Assembly (NCBI GenBank): GCA_902790465.1
Contig: CADASF010000005.1
Span: 70,039-134,038 of the forward strand
Direction of reading: 5' to 3'
DNA: 64,000 bases
From: an uncultured bacterium
Lineage (GTDB): Bacteria; Vulcanimicrobiota; CADAWZ01
Position numbers and translations under genes: made by a program. Below are positions 48,271 through 59,123 of the stretch, in pieces (the first letter of the stretch is position 1; every line of letters starts with the position of its first letter). Below the pieces are notes generated by a model. That model was not told where the DNA came from and searched no databases. It was given only the letters and a program-made list of their open reading frames with translations.

Positions 48271-50892
48271 ATGGATTTTTTGTATCAAATAGTAATTTAT
48301 CCAATTCAACTTTTTATTGAAATTATATATATAACTCTTTATCATGCTCTTGAACATGTAGCAGGACGAAGTGGATATGCAATAATAGGAGTAAGTCTTG
48401 CTGTTTCATTTTTGACACTTCCAATGTATGTAAAGGCTGAAAAACTTCAAGATATTCAAAGAGATATTTTGAAGAAAATGGAAAAAAAGTTGGAGTCAAT
48501 AAAACGCAATTTTAAAGGTGATAAGAAATATATGTTAATTTCAGCATATTACAAAAAAAATTCTTATCATCCTTTGATGGTTTTGCGTAGTTCTCTGAGT
48601 CTTTTTATTATGATTCCATTTTTCATGGCAGCATATATATTTCTTTCAGAGCCTCGTCTTTTATCTGGTGAATCATTTTTCTTTTTAACAGACTTATCTA
48701 AACAAGATCAATTAATAAATTTATTTGGCTTAAGACTAAATTTACTGCCAATTTTGATGACTGTTATAAATATTTTTTCTGGTTATATTTATTCTGAAAA
48801 ACTTTCAAAATCAGAAAGACTTCAGATTTATATAACATCTATTATTTTCTTATTCATTTTATATACTTCCCCATCAGGGCTTGTTTTTTATTGGACTTGT
48901 AATAATATATTTTCATTTTTTAAAAATATTTGGATTAAGTATAATTTTAAGATAGGTTTTAATATTAGCTTTATTTTAAATAGATTTGACAAACTTGAAA
49001 ATTTTAATACAGATAGTTGTTTTATTCTTTCTATGTTTTTATTTTGGCTTTTAATAGGACTTGTTATTCCAACAGATTTTATGTCATCTTCTTCACTTGA
49101 AATTTGTAAAATGTGCAGGGATATGTCTATTTGGAAGGTTTTATCATATCCTGTCTTGCAGTCTTTTGGAATATTTGTATTTTGGGGCATTTTAATTTTT
49201 TACCTTGCAGATAAAAAAATAAAGAATTTATTTACATTATTTTCTATTTCCACATTTATTTATAGTTTGATACAAATGTACCTATATCCTTATGGTTTAG
49301 CTGATTTTACTTTTAGATTTAGCCCATATATGTCAAAAACAACACCTGTAGTTTCTTGTTTATTGATAATAATTTACATATTTACATTATTTATTTTATA
49401 TAAAATATTTGTAAATAATAAAGAAAAAATTATATCATCTATTATGTCAATATTAATAATTGCCTGTCTAATGACTATTTTTGTAAATGTAAATAAGATA
49501 AATAATGGATATGTAAGATATAATGAAATTGTGTCAATTGACTTAAAAGATCAAATTAGTAACAATAAAATATTTAAATTCACAAAAACAGGAAAAAATG
49601 TTCTTATAATTTTTCTTGATAGAGCTATAAGTTCATTTTTTCCTCTTATAATGGAAAAAAATGAAAATTTAAAGAAATCTTATGAAGGTTTTATTTATTA
49701 TCCCAATACAGCCACTTTTTATTGTCATACCATTTTAGGTGCTCCACCAATATTTGGTGGTTATGAGTATACACCAATAGAGATGAATAAACGAAAGGGT
49801 CTTATGAAAGATAAACATAATGAAGCTCTTTTAGTATTACCTTCTATTTTTAAAAATAAAGGTGCTTATGTATGTGTTACAGATGCACCTTTAAAAAATT
49901 ATGAATGGATTTCAGATAATAAACTTTATAAAGAGAAAGGAATAAACGCTTATAATTTATTGGGATGTTATACAGAAAAGTTTTTAAAAGATAAATTAGA
50001 TATAACATTTTCGGATTCTTCACCTTCGGTTTTATTAAAACATGATTTTTTATTTTTTTCTTTTATGAAAATTTCAGACAGTGTAATAAGGCATATTTTA
50101 TATAATGATAAAAAATATTTAAATCCAATATATCTAAAAAAAAATAATATAATTTGTAATCCTGATAGGTTAATGATGCTGGATTCTTATTCAACTCTTT
50201 TAGAACTTAACAATTTATCTGATTTTACTTGTAAAGAAAATTTAACATTAAATATTATGATTAATAACTTGACACATGACATTGATTTTTTCCAATTACC
50301 AAAATATACTATTGAGAAAAAAGTGAACAATATTGGAATAAATTTTATAGGTAATAGAAAGTCTTTTCGTTTTTATCATGGAAATACTTCTTCATTGTAT
50401 AGACTTTCAGAATGGTTTGAAGAACTTAAAGCCAATGGAGTTTATGATAATACACGAATAATAATAGTTTCGGATCATGGATTTTCACTTGTAAATAATT
50501 ATTGTAAAAATGAAAGGGCAACATTTTTTAATGCATTATTAGTTGTAAAAGATTTTAATTCTAAAGGATATTATAAAATAGATGATACATTAATGACCAA
50601 TGCTGATGTTCCTTATATTGCAACTAAAGATGTTATAAATAATCCAATTAACCCATTTACAGGCAAATCTATTAATGAGTTTGATAAATCAAAAGGTATT
50701 AATGTATTGAATCAACATTTATATAATCCACAAGATTTTGATGGCGATAAATGTATTTTTCAAGATTATTATTTTCATATAAAAAATAGTGTGTTAAACA
50801 GCGATGACTGGAAAGTGGAATTGTTTTCATTAAATACGAATAGTAAAGAAAGTATATCAAATAATAGTTTATCCAATTCAACTTTTTATTGA
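48271..50892 (+). CDS. Membrane protein: N-terminal YidC/Oxa1-like insertase domain fused to multi-TM segment and C-terminal LtaS/sulfatase-like (alkaline-phosphatase superfamily) domain, paralog 1
   Basis: GYAIIGVSLAVSFLTLPMYVKAEK...KYMLISAYYKKNSYHPLMVLRSSLSLFIMIPFFMAAY resembles the YidC core. C-terminal VLIIFLDRA...IIVSDHG metal-site motifs. Confidence 0.6.
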   Translation: MDFLYQIVIYPIQLFIEIIYITLYHALEHVAGRSGYAIIGVSLAVSFLTLPMYVKAEKLQDIQRDILKKMEKKLESIKRNFKGDKKYMLISAYYKKNSYHPLMVLRSSLSLFIMIPFFMAAYIFLSEPRLLSGESFFFLTDLSKQDQLINLFGLRLNLLPILMTVINIFSGYIYSEKLSKSERLQIYITSIIFLFILYTSPSGLVFYWTCNNIFSFFKNIWIKYNFKIGFNISFILNRFDKLENFNTDSCFILSMFLFWLLIGLVIPTDFMSSSSLEICKMCRDMSIWKVLSYPVLQSFGIFVFWGILIFYLADKKIKNLFTLFSISTFIYSLIQMYLYPYGLADFTFRFSPYMSKTTPVVSCLLIIIYIFTLFILYKIFVNNKEKIISSIMSILIIACLMTIFVNVNKINNGYVRYNEIVSIDLKDQISNNKIFKFTKTGKNVLIIFLDRAISSFFPLIMEKNENLKKSYEGFIYYPNTATFYCHTILGAPPIFGGYEYTPIEMNKRKGLMKDKHNEALLVLPSIFKNKGAYVCVTDAPLKNYEWISDNKLYKEKGINAYNLLGCYTEKFLKDKLDITFSDSSPSVLLKHDFLFFSFMKISDSVIRHILYNDKKYLNPIYLKKNNIICNPDRLMMLDSYSTLLELNNLSDFTCKENLTLNIMINNLTHDIDFFQLPKYTIEKKVNNIGINFIGNRKSFRFYHGNTSSLYRLSEWFEELKANGVYDNTRIIIVSDHGFSLVNNYCKNERATFFNALLVVKDFNSKGYYKIDDTLMTNADVPYIATKDVINNPINPFTGKSINEFDKSKGINVLNQHLYNPQDFDGDKCIFQDYYFHIKNSVLNSDDWKVELFSLNTNSKESISNNSLSNSTFY

Positions 50893-51061
50893 AAGTATAA
50901 AGTATATATTTGATTCTTTACCGAATTTGACAAATCAAAGGGAATAAGAGTCTTAGATTATTTTAGAGACAAACCAAAATATTTTAAAGAAAGTTAATGT
51001 TCTAAAACATCAAATAATATTTTAGATATTTTAAATTGGAATAAAGAAAATAATTAATAAT

Positions 51062-53638
51062 ATGGATTTTTTATATCAAATAGTAATTTACCCAATTCAG
51101 CTTTTTATTGAAATTATATATATAACTCTTTATCATTCACTTGAACATGTTGCAGGAAGAAGTGGATATGCAATAATAGGAGTAAGTATTGCTGTTTCGT
51201 TTTTGACCCTTCCAATGTATGTAAAGGCTGAAAAACTTCAAGATATACAAAGAGATATTTTGAAGAAAATGGAAAAAAAGTTGGAGTCAATAAAACGCAA
51301 TTTTAAAGGTGATAAAAAGTATATGCTGATTTCAGCATATTACAGAAAAAATTCTTATCACCCTTTGATGGTTTTGCGAAGTTCTCTGAGCCTTTTTATA
51401 ATGATTCCATTTTTTATGGCTGCATATATATTTCTTTCAGAACCTCGCCTTTTAGCAGGTGAATCATTTTTCTTTTTGACAGACCTTTCAAAACAAGATC
51501 AATTAATAAATTTATTCGGTCTCAAATTTAATTTACTTCCAATTTTGATGACAGTTATAAATATTTGGGCAAGTTATGTCTATACAGAAAAACTTTCAAA
51601 ATCTGAAAAATTCCAATTATATATAACAGCCATTGTTTTTCTATTTCTTTTATATACTTCTCCATCAGGTCTTGTTTTTTATTGGACATGTAATAACATT
51701 TTTTCACTTTTTAAAAATATTTGGATGAAATACAATTTTAAAATAGATTTTAATGTTGATTTTATTTCAAAAATATTTGACAAACTTGAAAATTTAAAAT
51801 TTAATGCAGATATTTGTTTTATCTTTTCAATGGTTTTGCTTTGGCTTATGTCTGGAATTTTGCTTCCATTTAATATGGCTTCTGCTTCACCTATTGAATT
51901 TTGTGGAATATGTGGTGATGTGTCTGTTTGGCAAGTATTATTATATCCTGCATTACAGTCTTTTGGGATATTTGTATTTTGGGGAATTTTAATTTTTTAT
52001 CTTGCTGATAGAAAATTTAAAAATTTACTTACATTAATTTCTGTTTCTACAATTTGTTTAAGCATTATAAATATATATAGACATTCGTCATCTCTAATAT
52101 CACAATCTTTTAGACTTAGACCTGCTGAATTGGTAATACCTATATTTGTTTCTTATTTATTGATAATTGTCTTTTATATAATTTTTTGTTTTGTTTTTTA
52201 TAAAATATTTGAAAAAGGAAAAGGAAAAGTTATAACATCTTTATTTTCAATTTTATTAATTGCTTGTTTTATACATATTTTTTTAAGTAGCTATAAAATA
52301 AATAGTGGTTTTAATAGATATAAAAAAATTGTTTCAGACGAGAAAAAGACTTTTGTTGATGATAAGATTTTTAAATTTACGAAAACAGGAAAAAATGTTC
52401 TTGTAATATTTTTGGATAAAGCTATGAACTCATTTTTCCCTCTTATATTGGAAAAAGATAAAGAATTGAAAAAATCTTATGAAGGTTTTGTTTATTATCC
52501 AAATACAGTTACTTTTTATTGCCATACTATTTTAGGAGCTCCTCCTATTTTTGGAGGTTATGAATACACACCACAAGAGATGAATAAACGAAAAGGGATT
52601 AAAATGAAGGATAAACATAATGAATCCCTTTTGGTATTGCCTTCTATTTTCAAAAATAAAGGTGCTTATGTTTCTTTTACAGATGCACCACTTAAAAATT
52701 ATGAGTGGATTTCAGATAATAAACTTTTTACTGAAAAAGGAATAAATGCTCGTAATTTAATAGGAATGTTTACTCAAGATTTTCTTGAAAATAAAATGGG
52801 CATGAATGTATCTGAATTTAGTCCAGCTGGATTATTAAAACATGATTTTTTATTATATTCTTTTATGCAAATTTCCCCAGATTCAATAAATAGAAGATTT
52901 TATAACAGTGGAAAATATTTAAATTCGATATATATTTTGATAAAACAAATGATTCCAGGTGAGAATATCGCATTATTTGATTCTTATTCTGAATTGTTAA
53001 ATCTAAAAAATATTTCTGATTTTGATTTAAAAGATAATTTATCTCTTAATATAATAACTAACGATATTACACATGAACCAGCTTTACTTCAGTTGCCAAA
53101 ATATACCATAGAAAAAAATATAGATAATGTTGGAGAAAATTTTGTTGGAAGTCAAGATACTTTTGAGCATTATCATGTCAATGCTTCGGCATTGTATAGA
53201 CTTTCAGAATTTTTTGATGAACTTAAAAAGAATGGCGTATATGATAACACAAAAATAATAGTTATATCAGATCATGGTGCACCTGTTAAAAATTATGCTT
53301 CTGAAAGTGAAACATTAAATTATTTTAATCCTCTATTATTAGTAAAAGATTTTAATTCAAAAGGCAATTATAAAATTGATAATTCAATGATGACCACTGC
53401 AGATGTTCCTTATATTGCTACTAAAGACATCATAGAAAAGCCAACTAATCCATTTACAGGTAAAGATATTACTGAATTTGATAAATCAAATGGTATAGAT
53501 GTTATTAATGGAAATAAACATAATCCTCAAGATTTTAGAGGAGATGAATGTATATTTGAAAAATATCACTATCATATAAAAAGTAGAGTTTTAAATGGTG
53601 AAGATTGGAAAGCCATTGAATTAAAGGAGGAAAAATGA
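51062..53638 (+). CDS. YidC-like :: LtaS/sulfatase-like fusion protein, paralog 2 (about 65% identical to paralog 1; N-terminal about 190 aa more than 90% identical)
   Basis: Same motifs as paralog 1. VLVIFLDKA ... IVISDHG. Confidence 0.6.
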   Translation: MDFLYQIVIYPIQLFIEIIYITLYHSLEHVAGRSGYAIIGVSIAVSFLTLPMYVKAEKLQDIQRDILKKMEKKLESIKRNFKGDKKYMLISAYYRKNSYHPLMVLRSSLSLFIMIPFFMAAYIFLSEPRLLAGESFFFLTDLSKQDQLINLFGLKFNLLPILMTVINIWASYVYTEKLSKSEKFQLYITAIVFLFLLYTSPSGLVFYWTCNNIFSLFKNIWMKYNFKIDFNVDFISKIFDKLENLKFNADICFIFSMVLLWLMSGILLPFNMASASPIEFCGICGDVSVWQVLLYPALQSFGIFVFWGILIFYLADRKFKNLLTLISVSTICLSIINIYRHSSSLISQSFRLRPAELVIPIFVSYLLIIVFYIIFCFVFYKIFEKGKGKVITSLFSILLIACFIHIFLSSYKINSGFNRYKKIVSDEKKTFVDDKIFKFTKTGKNVLVIFLDKAMNSFFPLILEKDKELKKSYEGFVYYPNTVTFYCHTILGAPPIFGGYEYTPQEMNKRKGIKMKDKHNESLLVLPSIFKNKGAYVSFTDAPLKNYEWISDNKLFTEKGINARNLIGMFTQDFLENKMGMNVSEFSPAGLLKHDFLLYSFMQISPDSINRRFYNSGKYLNSIYILIKQMIPGENIALFDSYSELLNLKNISDFDLKDNLSLNIITNDITHEPALLQLPKYTIEKNIDNVGENFVGSQDTFEHYHVNASALYRLSEFFDELKKNGVYDNTKIIVISDHGAPVKNYASESETLNYFNPLLLVKDFNSKGNYKIDNSMMTTADVPYIATKDIIEKPTNPFTGKDITEFDKSNGIDVINGNKHNPQDFRGDECIFEKYHYHIKSRVLNGEDWKAIELKEEK

Positions 53639-54117
53639 AGAAGAATTTTGTTTTTATTTTTTGTTTTTTGTTGATTATGCTTTCTCCTGTGTATGCAAAA
53701 GAATCACTTGTTGAAAAAGCACATAAAGAAGCACCAGCAAATGCTATTTTTGCAGTTATGGATAATGTTGGGGAAACTGATGTCATGGAGGCAAATGCTC
53801 TTATAACAAGATCAAATGCTTATTCAAACGATATGATGTTCAACTATGGCGTTCATATTTTAATAATTCCATTAAAAGAAGATGTTACAATAAAAATAGA
53901 CTATGTAAAATATGATTTTAAAACTGAAAAAATGAATGTAATTAAAACTTTTCATGAGTCAAAAGATAGATGTGTAGATTTCTTCACAGTGAGAGCTGAA
54001 ACAATACCAATTTATAGGGTAAGAGGAATATATAAAGGACAAGAGGCTATTCATTATATAACTGTTGATGGAAAAGACGGCGATGATGTAATGAAATTTA
54101 TTGAACCTAAAAATTGA
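53635..54117 (+). CDS. Secreted hypothetical protein (signal peptide)
   Basis: N-terminal hydrophobic h-region plus VYA|KE cleavage-like site. Overlaps the upstream stop by 4 nt. Confidence 0.5.
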   Translation: MKKNFVFIFCFLLIMLSPVYAKESLVEKAHKEAPANAIFAVMDNVGETDVMEANALITRSNAYSNDMMFNYGVHILIIPLKEDVTIKIDYVKYDFKTEKMNVIKTFHESKDRCVDFFTVRAETIPIYRVRGIYKGQEAIHYITVDGKDGDDVMKFIEPKN

Positions 54118-54166
54118 GAAAAATAATGAAGAATAAAAAAAATGTCAGAAATTTCTGACATTTTTT

Positions 54167-54577
54167 TTATTCTTTATCTTCTACATTTTGTTTTGTATTT
54201 GCTATAATCTGTTTGTATTTTTTTATTTCTTCCAAAAGATTATTTATTTCTTCACTCTTCTTGGACATCTCTTTTCGCATTTCTGCCTTGATTTTTTCCA
54301 TTTTCTCAATCATATTTACTATTATCTCGACACCTGCTAAATTAACTCCAAGATTTGTGAAGCTACATATTTGTTCCAATCTGCCTATATCACTATGTGA
54401 ATAGAGCCTCATGTTTCCATCTGTTCTATGTGGATTTAAGAGACCAAGACGCTCATAATGTCTGATTGTCTGCGGATGAACATTAAGCATTTTTGAAACT
54501 ACACTTATTACAAAATAAGGTTCTTGTTTATCATTACTCATTTGTCTTCTCCTTCTCCGCTTTCTTAACTCAGACAA
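54167..54577 (-). CDS. hspR: MerR-family heat-shock repressor HspR
   Basis: HTH YFVISVVSKMLNVHPQTIRHYERLGLL. Last gene of the dnaK operon. Confidence 0.8.
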   Translation of the reverse strand: MSELRKRRRRRQMSNDKQEPYFVISVVSKMLNVHPQTIRHYERLGLLNPHRTDGNMRLYSHSDIGRLEQICSFTNLGVNLAGVEIIVNMIEKMEKIKAEMRKEMSKKSEEINNLLEEIKKYKQIIANTKQNVEDKE

Positions 54578-54583
54578 AACGGA

Positions 54584-55615
54584 TTATTTTTTATACATGT
54601 CTTTTCGAGGATTATCTTTCATTATTTTTGAAAGTTCTTCAAAAAGAGCTTTTTCTTTGTTACTGATTTTTTCAGGAGCTACTACTTTAATTTCGATATA
54701 AAGGTCTCCTGCATTTCCTTTTATGGAAGGTATTCCATATCCAGCAAGTCTAAGTCTTTTACCAGTTTGAGTCATAGGAGGTATTTTTACAGAAAGTTTG
54801 CCTTTTAATGTAGGAACATCTATTTCTGCACCGAGTACGGCTTCAGTTATAGAAATAGGTATTTTTTCTGTCAAATCTGCTCCATTGACTTCAAAATATT
54901 TGTGTGGAAGAATTTTTATAACAAGAATAAAATCTTCTACTCTTATTTTTGAACCATTTTTTACTCCAGCTGGGATTTTTACATCTATTGAAGCAGTTTT
55001 ATCAACATGACCTGTTCCACGACATGTGTTACATACTGTATGACCAATCCAACCGCTTCCAGAGCATATTTCACATGTTTTTGAGCTTGGAACTTGAAGT
55101 GTTCTTGATGTTCCTGAGACAGCCTCTTCAAGTGTTAATTCAAGTGTGTATTCCTCTTGAGCTTTTTCTTGTTGAGCATTTCTCATGCCTGCACCAAATA
55201 GATCACCTATATTTCCAAAGTTCATTTTACTGCTTCTTTGACCTCTGCCTCTTTGAGAATTTCCAAAGAAAGTTGAGAAAATATCTCCAAAATCAGCACC
55301 TTGACCACCATTAAATGTATATGAAAAACCACCATTCATATTTGAAAATGGATTGCCACGCCCTGAAAAATCAAAATCAGATGGGTTTGCTCCATTGAAT
55401 AGATTTCCAAACTCATCATATTTTTTTCTCTTATCAGGATCGCCTAAAACTTCATAAGCTTCATTTATTTCTTTAAATTTTTCTTCAGCTGATTTATCAT
55501 CTGGATTTACATCAGGATGATACTGACGAGCCAGTTTTCTGTATGCTTGTTTTATTTCCTTATCTGTAGCTGTTTTATCTACTCCGAGAATTTTGTAGTA
55601 ATCTTTGTTAGTCAT
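54584..55615 (-). CDS. dnaJ: Chaperone DnaJ (short type: J domain + G/F + C-terminal, single CxxCxGxG pair)
   Basis: J-domain HPD (YHPDVNP). CEICSGSG / CNTCRGTG zinc-finger motifs. Confidence 0.9.
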   Translation of the reverse strand: MTNKDYYKILGVDKTATDKEIKQAYRKLARQYHPDVNPDDKSAEEKFKEINEAYEVLGDPDKRKKYDEFGNLFNGANPSDFDFSGRGNPFSNMNGGFSYTFNGGQGADFGDIFSTFFGNSQRGRGQRSSKMNFGNIGDLFGAGMRNAQQEKAQEEYTLELTLEEAVSGTSRTLQVPSSKTCEICSGSGWIGHTVCNTCRGTGHVDKTASIDVKIPAGVKNGSKIRVEDFILVIKILPHKYFEVNGADLTEKIPISITEAVLGAEIDVPTLKGKLSVKIPPMTQTGKRLRLAGYGIPSIKGNAGDLYIEIKVVAPEKISNKEKALFEELSKIMKDNPRKDMYKK

Positions 55616-55696
55616 AAAGCCAGTACCGTCCTTTCTATAGTTTTATCTGCCTATTCCCCTTGTTAACTAACAAAGGGAATAGGCAGATTATATATA

Positions 55697-56134
55697 TTAT
55701 TCTTCTACATTAATCTTAACTTGTTTTGGCTTGACTTCTGAACTCTTTGGAAGAGTTATTACAAGAACGCCATTTTTATAAGAAGCACTTATATTTTCTC
55801 TCTCTACTTGTGCGGGAATTTCAAATGCTCTGTAAAAACGTCCATAAACTTTTTCTTTTCTCTGATATTTGTTGTTTTCATCTGAAACAAATTTTCTTTC
55901 GCCTCTTATTATGAGGTTGTCGCCTTCAGCTTGAACATCTATTTCACTTGGGACTATACCAGGAACATCAAGAGAAATATTTACAGTCTTTTCTGTTTCC
56001 CATACTTCTGCAGGTGGAATCCATGCTTCTGGGTCTGAAGGAACTTTATACGCATTTAGTTTTCTGTCATATTTGTTTTCAAGTTGTGTCAACATATTTT
56101 CCAATGCTGTCAATGGGTCTGTGTATCTATACAT
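55697..56134 (-). CDS. Small heat-shock protein (Hsp20/alpha-crystallin)
   Basis: Alpha-crystallin domain (AFEIPAQVERENISASYKNGVLVITLPK). Start set at the ATG after the GGAGGTG RBS. The ORF-track TTG start lies inside the RBS. Confidence 0.8.
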   Translation of the reverse strand: MYRYTDPLTALENMLTQLENKYDRKLNAYKVPSDPEAWIPPAEVWETEKTVNISLDVPGIVPSEIDVQAEGDNLIIRGERKFVSDENNKYQRKEKVYGRFYRAFEIPAQVERENISASYKNGVLVITLPKSSEVKPKQVKINVEE

Positions 56135-56149
56135 AATAAGCACCTCCAA

Positions 56150-56346
56150 TTTTTATATATTATATATTTTTTCAAATATTAACTTTTAATTTATTCCCTC
56201 CTTTAAAAGGAGGGATAGGGTGGATGAGCCGTTTTATAGGTGTCGGCAGACACCGATCCCCTCCCCCTCATATTTTTTTTCTCCTTGCTTGCAAGGAGCT
56301 TAATTGATACTGAGGGGGTAAGGGGGAGTTGAATCTTTTAGAATTG
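56150..56346. promoter_or_regulatory. Highly structured dnaK-hsp20 intergenic region with several nested GC-rich hairpins plus an AT-rich promoter-like stretch
   Basis: ccctcctttaaaaggaggg. ggtgtcggcagacacc. ctccttgcttgcaaggag. Outer cccctccccctca / tgagggggtaagggggag pairing. Confidence 0.45.
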
Positions 56347-58212
56347 TTACTCTTTTACTTTGTATTCAGCGTCGATTACATCATCATCGCCTTTTGGCTC
56401 TTCCTTCTTTTCTGAACCTGCTCCAGTTTGTGCATTTTCAGCACCAGGCTGTTGTTGTGCCTGCTGAGCTCCTACTTTTGAATATACATCTTTTGAAAGG
56501 TCAGAAAGTGCATTTGTAAGAGTTTCAATGCCTTTTGTTATATCTGCATCGTTGTCTGATTCCATAGCTTTTTTGAGGTTTGCAGTTTCTTCTTCTACTT
56601 TCATTTTCAATTTAGAATCTGCTTTGTCGCCCAAATCTTTTACTACTTTTTCTGCTTGATATGTAAGAGTTTCTGCTTTGTGCTTCAACTCAATTTTTTC
56701 AAGTCTCTTTTTATCTTCTTCACTGTGCTGTTCAGCTTCTTTAACCATTCTATTGACATCGTCTTTAGAAAGTGTTGTTGTTGCTGTGATCTTTATCTGT
56801 TGGCTCTTTCCAGTTGCTTTATCTTTTGCAGTTACTGAAAGAATGCCGTTTCTATCTATATCAAAGCTGACTTCGATCTGTGGAATTCCTCTTGGTGCTG
56901 GTGGAATATCTGCAAGAACAAATTTTCCAAGTGTCTTGTTTTCAGCTGCAAATCCTCTTTCACCTTGAAGTACATGGATTTCAACTGCTGGCTGATTATC
57001 TGCTGCTGTTGAGAAGATTTCAGATTTAGAGCAAGGAATTGCTGTATTTCTTTGAATCAACTTTGTCATAACTCCACCGAGAGTTTCAATTCCGAGTGTC
57101 AATGGTGTAACATCGACGAGAACGATTCCCTTTACATCTGAATCACCTGAAAGAACAGCACCTTGAACTGCAGCACCTAATGCAACACATTCATCTGGGT
57201 TGATGTCTTTGTTTGGTTCTTTGCCAAATTCTTTTCTTACATAGTCAACAACCATTGGCATACGGGTTGATCCACCGACCATGAGGATTCTGTCTATATC
57301 TTTTTCTGTCAATTTTGCATCACTCATTGCTTGTTTGACAGGTTTTTTGCAACGTTCGAGTAAGTGATATGTCATCTCTTCAAATTTTGCTCTTGAAAGT
57401 GTCAAATCAAGGTGTTTTGGACCGCTTGCATCTGCTGTGATGAAAGGAAGGTTGATGTTTGTTTGAAGAACTGTTGACAATTCAATTTTTGCTTTTTCTG
57501 CAGCTTCTTTTAGACGCTGTTTTGCCATTGGATCGTTTCTCAAATCGATTCCATTCATTCTCTTGAACTCGTCAGCCATCCAGTCAACAATTTCATTATC
57601 CCAATCATCTCCACCAAGTCTTGTGTCACCAGCTGTGGATTTTACTTCAAATACACCTTCACCGATTTCAAGAACAGATACATCAAATGTACCACCACCT
57701 AAATCAAATACGAGAACTTTGAGCATTTGATCGAGTTTGTCAAGACCATATGCAAGAGCTGATGCTGTTGGTTCGTTTATTATTCTTTTTACTTCTAATC
57801 CTGCGATTGTACCTGCGTTCTTTGTTGCCTGTCTCTGTGAATCATTGAAATATGCAGGAACTGTGATTACTGCCTCTGTTACAGGTTCACCTAAATATTT
57901 TTCTGCATCATCTTTTAGTTTTTTGAGAATCATTGAAGAAATCTCTTCTGGGCTGTATTTCTTGTCATCTATATTTACTCTGTAATCTGTTCCCATGTGT
58001 CTCTTTATAGAGATAACTGTTTTTTCTGGGTTACTTACAGCCTGACGCTTTGCCAATTCACCAACAAGTCTTTCACCTGTTTTTGAAAAACCTACTACTG
58101 AAGGTGTTGTTCTGTTGCCTTCTGCATTTGCTATAACAGCTGGCTTTCCGCCTTCCATAACTGCTACTACTGAGTTAGTAGTTCCAAGATCGATACCGAC
58201 TATCTTTGCCAT
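56347..58212 (-). CDS. dnaK: Chaperone DnaK (Hsp70)
   Basis: IDLGTTNS and DLGGGTFD motifs. 621 aa. Confidence 0.97.
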   Translation of the reverse strand: MAKIVGIDLGTTNSVVAVMEGGKPAVIANAEGNRTTPSVVGFSKTGERLVGELAKRQAVSNPEKTVISIKRHMGTDYRVNIDDKKYSPEEISSMILKKLKDDAEKYLGEPVTEAVITVPAYFNDSQRQATKNAGTIAGLEVKRIINEPTASALAYGLDKLDQMLKVLVFDLGGGTFDVSVLEIGEGVFEVKSTAGDTRLGGDDWDNEIVDWMADEFKRMNGIDLRNDPMAKQRLKEAAEKAKIELSTVLQTNINLPFITADASGPKHLDLTLSRAKFEEMTYHLLERCKKPVKQAMSDAKLTEKDIDRILMVGGSTRMPMVVDYVRKEFGKEPNKDINPDECVALGAAVQGAVLSGDSDVKGIVLVDVTPLTLGIETLGGVMTKLIQRNTAIPCSKSEIFSTAADNQPAVEIHVLQGERGFAAENKTLGKFVLADIPPAPRGIPQIEVSFDIDRNGILSVTAKDKATGKSQQIKITATTTLSKDDVNRMVKEAEQHSEEDKKRLEKIELKHKAETLTYQAEKVVKDLGDKADSKLKMKVEEETANLKKAMESDNDADITKGIETLTNALSDLSKDVYSKVGAQQAQQQPGAENAQTGAGSEKKEEPKGDDDVIDAEYKVKE

Positions 58213-58256
58213 AATTTTATTCCTCCCAAATACTTGATATTTATATTTACATTTTA

Positions 58257-58922
58257 TTATTTTTTATTTACTATAACCATTGAAGGCCTGATGACTTTGT
58301 CATGTAACTTATAACCTTTTAGAAGTTCTGCTATAACTACATCTTCGTCTAAATCGTCTTTCTTTTCACAAAAAACGGCTTGATGTAGAGCTGGATCGAA
58401 AACATTTCCTATTGAATCAATAGCAGAAAGACCAACTTTTCCCAAAATCTCCCAAATTTGGCGATTTATCATTACGACTCCGTCTTTTAGAGAATCGTAA
58501 TTTTTTGTCTTTTCCGAAGCATCAACTGCTCTTTCAAAATTGTCAACAATCGGAAGGAGTTCTGAGACTATCTTTTCTGCTGCATATTTTTTTGCTGAAT
58601 CAGCTTCTGCTTCTTTTCTTTTTCTGAAATTGTCATAATCGGCATAGAGTTTTTGAAGTCTTTCTTCAAGTTCATCTATTCTTTTATCTTTTTCAGCTAT
58701 TTCAGATTTCATCTTGTCTATATCAATGAATTCATCTTTGACTTCTTCAGATTCTTTGTTTGCTTCAATTTTTTCAGTTTCTTGAACTTCAGAATTTTGA
58801 AGGTTTTCAGAGTCTTTAGAATTTTCGTTTTCTGGAGTTGTCTCTGAATTGCTATCTACTTTGGATTCATCTTTAACAACTATTTTTATTTTATCTTGAT
58901 TTTTATCTGTGTTCAACTTCAT
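58257..58922 (-). CDS. grpE: Nucleotide exchange factor GrpE
   Basis: C-terminal GrpE domain similarity (...[24 protein letters not shown]...). Located upstream of dnaK. Confidence 0.9.
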   Translation of the reverse strand: MKLNTDKNQDKIKIVVKDESKVDSNSETTPENENSKDSENLQNSEVQETEKIEANKESEEVKDEFIDIDKMKSEIAEKDKRIDELEERLQKLYADYDNFRKRKEAEADSAKKYAAEKIVSELLPIVDNFERAVDASEKTKNYDSLKDGVVMINRQIWEILGKVGLSAIDSIGNVFDPALHQAVFCEKKDDLDEDVVIAELLKGYKLHDKVIRPSMVIVNKK

Positions 58923-59123
58923 ATTCTCCTTTCCCTTAACTTCGTTATTATTATAAACCTTTAGTCAGTTATTGTCAAGGTTTTTTTAAAAATTTTTTTA
59001 ATTTTTTTTAAAATAATAAGCTAAAACTAAATAAATTGCTATAAATGTGAAACATAATGGGTATTTTAGATAGGTTCCTAAAAAAAATAAAGGCAAAATA
59101 ATAAATAAATTGAAATAGAAATA

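Noticed and set aside
48022-49190. Minus-strand ORFs 48022-48357 and 48888-49190 (and 50699-50881, 51804-51992, 53535-53786)
   Set aside because: They are antisense shadows within the TagF-like and YidC::LtaS-like genes.
58923-59123. CIRCE (TTAGCACTC-N9-GAGTGCTAA) or HAIR operator upstream of grpE
   Set aside because: No match to either consensus in the AT-rich 200 bp. The regulator-binding site may be degenerate or elsewhere.
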